From Salisapilia sapeloensis CBS 127946 (taxonomy: Eukaryota; Protista; Oomycota): a DNA stretch of 58,785 nt. Of the stretch, positions 23,401 through 32,452 are shown piece by piece. Made by a program: the position numbers and the translations under genes. Each line of letters begins with the position of its first letter. Positions within the stretch are counted from its first letter, which is position 1. The notes under the pieces are model-generated. The model was not told the origin of the DNA. It did not search any database and saw nothing but the letters and a program-made list of their open reading frames with translations. Where the stretch lies: assembly GCA_023334545.1 (NCBI GenBank), contig JAADVB010000105.1, forward strand, positions 1 to 58,785, given 5' to 3'.

Positions 23401-26400
23401 TTGGTGCTGACTGTACCTCTAAATCTTCAAGCTTTGTCATGGGTGTGCTTTCATGGTCTTCTTCAATTAAAGCGACCTGTCTATCTTCTGGGCTGGCATC
23501 GTCAACAGACATGCTATCAGTGGTTATGTCCTCCACTGCGCTAAGAACTGTAGGATCACTTGCATCGGGTACAGGTATATCGTCTTCACCACCATCAGAA
23601 GTAGTAAGATCATGGCCAGCAAGAGCGTTAGAATCTGATGGATCTATCGGTTCATCTTGTGTTACTTGCTGGGTATCATTCGCTACGAGCGGCATCTTTT
23701 TTACAAGCTTAAGACAACGGCGTACAGTTTTCGGTGCCTTTTGTGGTATTGGATGTCGACTCGTACTGGTTATAATGACTTCACAAAGCTGCGACAAGTA
23801 GGTTTTCATCTCCTGACGGACTTCATGTCCAGCTTCCAACCGCGACACGAACGCACTCTTGGGCTTTCCAAGTACTTGCAGTAAATGATGCTTAACGTCA
23901 CTTTCTAAAGTGACTTTTGAAGCGCTCACAACAGACTCTGCTTTATAGATATGGCCTCTACCTTGTACAAAAACATCCATACTTTGTGGATCGACAATCC
24001 GATTATCCGTTGAGTGCACTAGAACAAGTGGGACTTGAATCTGATCAAGTTTGGAGCGAATGTCAGCATGTTGCAAGGTATCTCGACATATACGAAGTCG
24101 TCCGTCTTTTGTAATTGGGTTTGGAATTGCAGTGTAGATACTTAGTGCTAGATTCATCCCGACACGAGAGATGTACGAGTCGGAGAAAGCATACTTGGCC
24201 ATAAAGGAGACTGGAAGGTCGGGTCGATTCGATGGGAACGTCCGGAACGCTTCTTTTGCATCATTAAGAAAAGCCAAGAGAGTGTCATCTATGCTTGCAA
24301 ATCCGTTCACGACCACCATGGACCGTATAACATCATGATACTTGGCACCATATTCTAAAAGCCACTGCGTCGCGATGTTTGCTCCATTACCAAACCCAAC
24401 GACATTGGCTGGTACGTCTTGTAGGCATAACTGTCGTGACGAGAGTAAGAAAGAAAATAGTTCATCCACTTTCTCCGCAATCCAGACGTTAGACAGATGA
24501 ACGACAGCTTCCGTTGAGTCTTTTGGATAAGTCGTATGTCCTTGACCAGGCATATTAAACACCAATATTCGAACACCAGGACACTTGTGAGCAATGGCAT
24601 TGAAAAAGACTTGGGTGTTAGCATACGTGTCGAAGAAATCATGAAAGACAAGCAGGTTGGACGTTACCATATCATCCACCTTTCGTCCGAACACAACGTA
24701 CGGCATCTTGGTGATACCGTCAGAGCTTTGGAAGGTTCCGGCGCAGTCAGGTTCATCGTTCGGATCAGAGCTACCCGTAGGTGCTGCTAATCTTGCCATG
24801 GTTTTGGCTTGTTTTGTACGTCGAGTATCTTCCTTTGAGCGTTGGTCACTGTTATGAGCCATATTCGTGCCATCTATAGCCTGTGCATGGATAGGATGGG
24901 CGTCTGTTGCATTGATAAGAGAAGAATAATTTTCATGAACATCAGCTGGAAGCAACTCTGGCTTTAAGAAACACAAGCTGCGGCGTATGGAGCTATTAAT
25001 TACATCCGTGTACTTCCATGCGTAGGCCTGTAGAGTAGCTAGGATCCAATCACAGATTCGACCGGCACAGGAGTTGATCGGGGAGATGTGGCCAGGCTTA
25101 AAAAGCGGATTGTGAGTATACGACGCGAGTTTCGTTGCGATTGATGCATCTATATGTTCCAAAGCAATGCGACTCATCAACGCAACAATTCGTTCGTGAC
25201 CTACTGAACTTTTCAATTTCGCTGCTGTTGCTTCCTTTCCTAGTAGCATGATCGCTAGAGCATCTAGCACCATACTCACGGCAGGATGTGGATGCACTAG
25301 ACTATACATTTCGGCAATATCTGCTTTCGAGATCCTATTCATAAGTTTACCAGCATGGGCCCAACTCAAAGACGAAACTCGATCCAAGTCATTTCGACTC
25401 GATTCTATTTGCTCTCCACCCTCTGTTTCCTCTGCTTCCTTTTCATCTACAATTGGTGAAAGTACTTTTATAGGTGGATGCCCTCGCTTTCTTCGTTTCT
25501 GATCAATATTATCTAACGCTTTCATCCGAACTTCTTCCACGAGTGTATAGAACGCAAAGCAGTTACCGCACACTTTTACCTGTTGATAGTAGTATCCTGG
25601 AAATGTCTGTCCAAGTGGCTCTCCATCGCCATAAAACTCTTCTGCCAAGTACTCTCCATCGTCTCCATTCTCATACCGCCGGACAAAGATGTTCACGAGC
25701 TGCTTTTCAGCTCGCGTCTGGGCGATGTATTTAAATGGGATCAAGTGTGACAGTGCATCGTCATTGGAAACAAGGTGGTGTAGCTCTCGCTGTTGATGCT
25801 GTGGAGAGCCAGGCTTCGGAGTCAGGAGATGAGATGGAGTAGACGCGGACTGCATATCCGCAGCATGGTTTCTCATGAAAGCATTCGCTGCCGCTGTGGC
25901 TGTAAAGACACTCGTGAGATTTGCACCAGCATCCACAAAGTCTGCATTTTTATTTTCTAATCGTCTCGCAGTTAACTTTTTCACGGACATGTGGCAATAA
26001 TCCCCACTGCATCCTCGTTTTTGACTCGACGCAAGATGTACTGCCGATAGAGCTCGTCTCCTTCCGTGCGAGAGTTTCGACGAAGCTGGAAGGAACTTTA
26101 TTGCTGTCTCCAAGTCTTTCCGAGTCTTTAATGGACTCAACGCAAGCATTCGATCCGTCTCGGATGTATCTCGAGAATATTGTATCACGTTTGTAAGTTG
26201 AGGTCGTCGTTGCTGAGGTGTTGGCGCCGACAGGATGGCTTCTACCATCTTTTCATCCGGACGTCGAGAAGCCTCGGCTTTGGCTCTTGACACGATACGC
26301 TCCGTGACGGCATGTGGACCATCATAGACGGCAGAAGAGGCTGCAAAGATGGCTGGATTGGATCCACACGGTATCGTTTCGAAAGCAGTGGTTCGCCATA

Positions 26401-27052
26401 AATGAAGTTGTTCATTCGTGTCGAGCACGAGGCAAGATACACAACGGACGACGCGACACTTGCGGCTCTTTTCAATGGCACGAATAAAGTTATTAACGAG
26501 GTCACCGACCAGGGCCGTTAAGGACGTTTCCATACTAACGATCCGCTGTCCACCTAGAGCTCGTCGAAACAGTTTGCCTTGATGTGTACCAGCTTTCGTT
26601 AATGCATATTCGTGCTCTAGATTCGCATACTGTAGTGGATCGATGCCACCTTTGGGTGGTATAAAGACACTAATGTAGATGTTCCCAGCACATGCACCCA
26701 AGGTCGCGAGGAAAGTCGCAAGTTCCTGCAGATCTAGATACTGTAGAAGATGCTGTTCGTCGAACCAGCATACTGCGATCAGATTACAATCATCATTCGA
26801 GACAGCTTTTGCTTTCCTCGCAAAGACATCCTGTATCAGCTCTGGTGTTAGCTTCCGTTCATGCTTACGACAAATGACCCCAGATGCCGTATTAAAATAC
26901 CATGACCATAGACGTTGTTTCTGAACAAAGACAGTATCTAATATCGGTATGACACAATCTACTAATGAAGCACAGACCCAATCCCATGATCTACATGTCC
27001 GTACTTCATTCAAATCTACAACAGGTATAGATGCTCGTAGTCGCTGCTGCAT
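20462..27052 (-). CDS. Large multidomain protein: dynein-MTBD-like domain, alpha/beta-hydrolase fold, ~6 IQ motifs, coiled coil, SAM, ankyrin repeats
   Basis: Uninterrupted ORF; first ATG at 27052 (track start 27076 is GTG). Approximate positions: MTBD-like 25021-25330, hydrolase fold 23820-24710, IQ motifs 22145-22650, SAM (WSLDDVGRWLDSLSLSQY) 20890-21085, ankyrins (GNTLLLIAC, GNTPLHFA) 20465-20790. Confidence 0.85.
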   Translation of the reverse strand: MQQRLRASIPVVDLNEVRTCRSWDWVCASLVDCVIPILDTVFVQKQRLWSWYFNTASGVICRKHERKLTPELIQDVFARKAKAVSNDDCNLIAVCWFDEQHLLQYLDLQELATFLATLGACAGNIYISVFIPPKGGIDPLQYANLEHEYALTKAGTHQGKLFRRALGGQRIVSMETSLTALVGDLVNNFIRAIEKSRKCRVVRCVSCLVLDTNEQLHLWRTTAFETIPCGSNPAIFAASSAVYDGPHAVTERIVSRAKAEASRRPDEKMVEAILSAPTPQQRRPQLTNVIQYSRDTSETDRMLALSPLKTRKDLETAIKFLPASSKLSHGRRRALSAVHLASSQKRGCSGDYCHMSVKKLTARRLENKNADFVDAGANLTSVFTATAAANAFMRNHAADMQSASTPSHLLTPKPGSPQHQQRELHHLVSNDDALSHLIPFKYIAQTRAEKQLVNIFVRRYENGDDGEYLAEEFYGDGEPLGQTFPGYYYQQVKVCGNCFAFYTLVEEVRMKALDNIDQKRRKRGHPPIKVLSPIVDEKEAEETEGGEQIESSRNDLDRVSSLSWAHAGKLMNRISKADIAEMYSLVHPHPAVSMVLDALAIMLLGKEATAAKLKSSVGHERIVALMSRIALEHIDASIATKLASYTHNPLFKPGHISPINSCAGRICDWILATLQAYAWKYTDVINSSIRRSLCFLKPELLPADVHENYSSLINATDAHPIHAQAIDGTNMAHNSDQRSKEDTRRTKQAKTMARLAAPTGSSDPNDEPDCAGTFQSSDGITKMPYVVFGRKVDDMVTSNLLVFHDFFDTYANTQVFFNAIAHKCPGVRILVFNMPGQGHTTYPKDSTEAVVHLSNVWIAEKVDELFSFLLSSRQLCLQDVPANVVGFGNGANIATQWLLEYGAKYHDVIRSMVVVNGFASIDDTLLAFLNDAKEAFRTFPSNRPDLPVSFMAKYAFSDSYISRVGMNLALSIYTAIPNPITKDGRLRICRDTLQHADIRSKLDQIQVPLVLVHSTDNRIVDPQSMDVFVQGRGHIYKAESVVSASKVTLESDVKHHLLQVLGKPKSAFVSRLEAGHEVRQEMKTYLSQLCEVIITSTSRHPIPQKAPKTVRRCLKLVKKMPLVANDTQQVTQDEPIDPSDSNALAGHDLTTSDGGEDDIPVPDASDPTVLSAVEDITTDSMSVDDASPEDRQVALIEEDHESTPMTKLEDLEVQSAPKIEPPPKVKRGKSSVQEEKDANKALSDERLELKWPEPSQPLAYDPILDRLPTASSSQPPARSSFSTSQQKRSVQRQGSTGKVDKSINKIRDKIAKDSRRLEASAKEAELKQQAALEERKAALLREQEERRLKWEAEDRARLEKIEADLQEERLQKALSHKVASQVTPDVSVDISPFVKQKQEAEVVIESYEKKLPSLFDIIEEEERNIAREGLLHLKEYESVQDEMEINFHTGVEEHENFLRQELNKRRARHATCIQKHIRSFLATRYVHSVRRKYQQERIRRFAAGEMNRIARGYLGRRRYERCKVEILEERRRKAAAIILQKVVRGFMCRIRFRYKLRMKKAGFIQRAYRGYKGRCRCIQLRAEREERRRHDILLAKLQATWRMYVARSEYLTYRLENLAATEVQRTFRGLLGRRDYNRKKQWHEAEPGPERLALGLEMIEASKQAFERQQEEINELHRAQEMVESKVSAIHTELQESEGELAVLERELQEIDQMDSDLRELTHEAEMLRRGGYESMLRRNTGEGANPLGSGEPLRLEEDVNSNHLDVHAVEMALQIKRAERDRKKQELESEFTSVFAEVQQKRRELAGMEEKLADMEATRMRKDREFARLQRNLMELLEEQKMELDNLREKGIELETATATSAAAAAATAMKAKEHEERSHAMFSSTEELMKFQFMSMSLSYFSSLNMIKNLRDINADTTAAAISSTAETAAAAAAAASAANIPAVNQLPPNASEIMISKSDQKKQELRLKAEEEKEALQQSPAQPLPDAVRDWSLDDVGRWLDSLSLSQYKPSFREAAVDGEFLLELRAEDLADVLGISHKLHVRKVLLARNKLLPLSEQEKLQLDAVQHEQAATAIRIQSEGLDPETVFSQARNGRLKRLTESIEAGFDVNTEDDKGNTLLLIACQNVNMKIVEFLVMKRANINHKNAQGNTPLHFAMEYDSDGALGEYLIARGADDTIENIYGLTPYDGLNPP

Positions 27053-27263
27053 CTCGAGTAGATAACCAAAGCACACGAGTACCCCTAGGGCTTAAAATAG
27101 GGTTGCTTGAAACCGACAGTTGTAAATTACCATATAGATTTCGTTGTTAATCGTGACACTGTCGCACTCGCTTCTATACAAATTCCAAGTCGGTCACGTA
27201 CGAAAGAAGACGGAAAACCGCCATCCTCTGCCTGCAGCTTGCGAGAGGACTGGGCGTACTCGG

Positions 27264-30200
27264 ATGAGCAGCAAAGTAGACTTTACGATGCCGTCGCCGT
27301 CCTCTTCCTCGACAGACTACCACCGAGGCGAAGATGCGGAGAATGATGCCGTCGCGTTTGGACAAAGGGATGCGACGGACCCGCCAGAGTCACTGTCGAG
27401 AGCACCCCCGAGCGGTGTTCGACGTCAGAACACGACGCAAGAGGAGCGGAACAACGTTTCTCTTCGGTTTCGAGCTGATAGGTAAATTCTTACTGAGATT
27501 TTTATAGAGAGCGCGTATATGAGTTTGAATCTTATTCCCGGACTTTATCACTTACCATGGGCAAACGTAGTATCGATGACTCGATCGCGACGGATGAAGA
27601 GCGGACGGCAGAAGGACGTGTCTGGAGTATCGTGGAAATGCTCTTTTGCTTCTTACGCAACATGACCATCTACCAGACACGCAAATACCTCAAGTTTATT
27701 ATCGTCACGCAAGCAGTGACCAACTCGATTCGAATTATTCCAATCATCCTCGGTCTCTCCTACCAAGCCATGCTTCCTGTCTTTATGCTCGTACGTTTAT
27801 TTATAACGCATTTATACCGTCTAAACTGACAAAAACGATAGTACATTACGCTGGTACTTGGATGGCACGGAACCAACTTTTTACTGCCAAAGTTTCTCCT
27901 CATGTACAAGGTCGGTATGCAACTCAGTCTTGGTGTTGACTTACTCTGGTATGCTCTCGGATATAACGGAGACTTGGCATCCGTGAACGAAGGTACGAGT
28001 GTGCTCATGCAGGGATTCTTCTCCGTCCTGTTGACGCTCATGAACGCTGCGGCTTTGCTCATCGGCTGGAAACTGCGTCGACTGGTCAAGTATGTCCAGA
28101 GCCAACGCGAGTTTTCTCGTCCGGCCTTTGTCACGGTCATGCCGCCTACACCGACACCTCGCACCACGTCTGGTCGTCAACGAAACACGAGCGTGACACC
28201 AGACATGCAGCCAACACCCGAGAACAGTGCCGACGACGAAGACGCAGAGCCGCCACAACGACGTGAGATCTACGTCCACACGTCCGAGGTCAGTGTCCCT
28301 CGTCCGACGTCTTCTTCCCACAGTTCTAGCGGCAGTGGCAGCAGCAAAGACGAGATGGCGAAACTGCCTCCTCAGAACTTTGTCAAGAACGAGATTTGTA
28401 CGAGCAAGTACACGTTCTACAACTTTCCTTACGTCTTCCTTCGGATGCAATTCAGCCGATTGGCGAATGCATACACGACGATTATCGTCATCTTGTGCTT
28501 TTTCAGCTTTTCGCCCGTGACGCCAATTGCGAGTCTTACGCCACTTCTCATCGTCTTTGCCAGTTCTGCGCTCAAAGACGTGAATGAAGATCTAGGAAGA
28601 CAACGTGCGGATCGGAACGTGAATGAAAAGTCCGCGCATGTCGTACGTCGAGAGGGTAAGAACAATATCCAGCACATCGATGCGACGTGGCAGGACATCC
28701 AAGTGGGTGATTTGCTCATCTTGAAAGACGGGGAAGACGTCCCGGCCGATTGTATCCTCCTTACATCGAATCGAAGCGATGGTCGGTGCTACATCGAGAC
28801 TGCGAATCTCGACGGCGAGACGAACCTCAAGATCCGATCGGTTGCCAAGTGCACGAAAGCTTTCATGTCTGCGGAAAGTATTTTAGAAAAGCATGATCTC
28901 TATGTCGAGTGTGATGCACCGAATCGCGATTTATTCTACTTTGACGGTGTCTTGAAACTATTGGGTGGAGAACAAAAGGAACTGGAGGAAGGGGAAGAAG
29001 ATGAGAATGAAACCAGTTTAACGATGGACAATCTCATGCTGCGAGGCAGTGAGACGCGGAATACGGAATGGGCAGTAGGTCTTGTGATCTACACTGGCAA
29101 AGAGACCAAGGTCATGCTGAACTCATCCGACGTGCCGTTTAAACGTAGTTTTGTTGAAAAGACGCTGGACACGATGTTTGTCCTCGTCCTCATCATGCTC
29201 TTTGGTATCGCTGCTGCATGCACGCTAGGCAACAATAACTGGCAGTGGGATGTCGAGGACGGAGGTGCGCCGTGGTACATTGTGAATGCCGATAACGGCT
29301 ACATTTTCCTTAGTTACGTCATTCTGTTCAATAACCTCATCCCGCTATCCATGTACGTAACGATGGAAGGCGTACGCTTCGTTCATGCGCAGTACATTGA
29401 AAGCGACTTGGAGATGTACGACAAGGACACTGATACGCCGGCACAAGCACGGAATAGTAACATTAACGAGGATCTTGGACAGATCCAGTACATCTTTTCC
29501 GATAAGACAGGTACATTGACACGGAATGAGATGATCTTTGCCAAGTGCACGATCGGAGGACTCAAATACAATGACGTCGAGCCAGAGGAATCAAAAGCTC
29601 CACGTCCTGGCACGAGGTTTAACGACCCGAGGTTGCTGGCGAGATTAAATTCGAGACATAAGACGACGCAGGAGATTCATGACTTTCTACTCTTGCTTGC
29701 CATTTGTAATACAGTCATCCCAGAATACGACGACGTGGCGAGTGAGGAGCAGTTGGAAGGTGTAGATGCTGCTGCACATCCGATCAAGTACAATGCTTCG
29801 TCTCCGGATGAAGAAGCGCTGGTACAGGCTGCGAAAGACCTCGGATACGTTTTAACGTCTCGTGACGGATCAAAAGTGGAAATTGTGATCCAAGGCAAGA
29901 CACAGACGTTTGAGATTTTGAATGTCTTGGAGTTTAATAGCGACCGAAAGCGTATGTCGATCATCTTCCGCCATCCGGATGGACGTCTGCAGCTCTTTTG
30001 CAAAGGCGCAGACGACATGATTTTCGATCGATTGTCCAAGTCGCAGCCACAAGGTACTTCCCACCTCACGCGTCGACATTTACAAGAGTATGCGTCGGAA
30101 GGTTTGCGGACGTTGACGACATCGAAGAAAGATTTAACGGAAGAAGAGTATCAAGAATGGCAGAAGACGTATCATGAAGCTGAGCTGTCGATGGATGGTC

Positions 30201-32212
30201 GAGCAGCGAAGATTGCGGCCGCGGCAGAGTTGATTGAAGTCGAATTGACGCTACTGGGTGCAACGGCGATTGAAGACTGTTTGCAAGATGGTGTAGAGGA
30301 TGCGATCTCTTCCTTGCGGAAGGCTGGTATTAACTTTTGGGTGCTCACGGGTGATAAGAAGGAGACGGCGTTGAGTATCGGCATGTCGTCGCAAGTGATT
30401 GATGATAATATGGATGTCGTGGTGCTTGGACAGACGGACAAGGACTCTCTACGAGCGAAACTGGAAGAGTTGTACGTCGATTGGGTCGAGGATAAGTTTA
30501 GTGCAACGAACGAGTACTCATCTGCCACGAGTGTCTTGTGGGAAGCGTTTAAAAGGACGCTGTCGTACGCATGGTACATTGGTAAGACAGCTGTGGTCGG
30601 TCGTGATGAACATGCGGATCCACGAAAGAAGAGACGTCGCGCACATCGGCGAGATGAACATGTGCCGGAGACCGAGTCGACGAACAGCCACACGCGGTTT
30701 GACGAGGTGTTCCCCGGTAGCGCCAACGTCGATGACGCTCGATCTGACACGACGTTCGAGCGTAGTCATTGCGACGAGAACTTTGAGCCTTTTAACGCTA
30801 GCAACGCGTATCCGAAACCTCTGGAAGAAAGCGACTTGTCGGAGGAAGAAGAGATCGAGTATGCTCTAGTCATCGATGGCAAGACGCTGGCGCTCGTGCT
30901 AGAAGATGACGTAAAGTACCTCTTCCTAGCGATTGCGATCGAGTGCAAGTCTGTCATCTGCTGTCGGTGTTCTCCAGCGCAAAAGGCATCTGTCGTGAAA
31001 CTAGTGACGGAGCCGACGCTCATGTTCTCACCAGGCAACATCACTCTCGCGATCGGTGACGGTGCAAACGACGTGCCGATGATCCAAGCAGCGAACGTTG
31101 GCGTCGGGATCAGTGGCAAGGAAGGTCGACAGGCTGTGCTATCGAGTGACTATTCGTTTGCGCAGTTCAAGTTCTTGAAACGACTGCTGCTGGTGCATGG
31201 CAACTACAGCTACAAGCGCATCTCGAAGCTCATCCTGTTCTCGTTCATGAAGAACGTTGCGCTCTCGTTTTCAAACTTTTTCCTCGCCGTTCAGACCATG
31301 TACAGTGGTCTGCTTATGTACTTTGGTCTCTTCTTCACACTCTACAATGCCCTCTTTACGACCATCCCGATCGTTGTCATTGCCATGTACAACCAAGACG
31401 TGTCGCCTGCTGTGCTCATGCAGTACCCGACGCTGTATGTGAATGGACTGCGTAATCGGTCATTTAACTGGCTCTCGTTCTTTGGCTGGTGTGGCCTTGG
31501 TATCTGGCACGCATACGTCATCTATGCCATCCCGTTCTTCTCGAATGGCTTCGTCACATACTACTTTGCCGTCGATACGAACAACTACTTGCTCTTTGGT
31601 GCAGACGATTTGGGTTTATGGGCATGTGGTGTCGCTGCTTATACGTACTTGATCACATCTTCTACGGCGCAAGTGGCTCTTATGACGAGCAACTGGACGC
31701 GCGCGAATGTGTATGCGACGCTTGGAACGCTTGTGTTCTACTTTGTCTTCTTGGCGTTCTTTGGTAACATCTATGGACTGACCAAGACGGATATCTACGA
31801 GACAGAGACGGCGTACGGTGTCTTGAGGCAGTTGCTGACAACTTCCTGGTTCTGGTTTGGTCTGTTGCTCTCGACGGTCATTAGTGTGCTCCCGAACTAC
31901 TACGCCAAGGCTGGTCGTGTGCTGTTCTACCCAGAGCCGTCGCACTTGATGCGTGAGTGGAACCGCATGCCAAAAGAACTCGAGGCTGGGCTGGGCGCAG
32001 CGACCGCTGAACCGACTCGTCTGGTGCGTAAGAACACGGGCTTTGCCTTCTCGCACACGCCAGGCGAATACGAGATGGCATTATCGACCCACCGGTCCGT
32101 CTCACAGATTCCACGTCCAACTTCATCTCGCGCCAGCTCACCTGCTGGTACGCCGCAGTCGGCATCGACTAATACGGTTATAGAATCTTCGCCTTCCAAG
32201 ACAGTAATGTAG
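27264..32212 (+). CDS. P4-type phospholipid-translocating ATPase (flippase) with extra N-terminal hydrophobic domain, 3 exons, ~1602 aa
   Basis: join(27264..27481,27571..27790,27842..32212), frame-consistent GT-AG introns. Motifs NLDGETNLK, FSDKTGTLT, LTGDKKET, IGDGANDV, GKEGRQA and the C-terminal GFAFS motif typical of Drs2/ATP8A/ALA3-like flippases. Confidence 0.93.
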
Positions 32213-32452
32213 ACGTGTTTGGCCATCGGGAATCGATGCGCTGGCTGCAGCTTGTTCATATTATTATTTGAGAAAGAGATAACAAAAGGCATCTTTAGGA
32301 CATGATACAAAATCTTTTCAGTTTCGTTTAACTAGTGTATGATACAGGAATACCTAGGAGGATCGTAAAACGGTCAACTGGATTGGAAACCATAACGGAC
32401 ATGGATTACAAGTCGCTTTTTCATCGCCTTCATTGACTGAAGTGGAGTGGCT

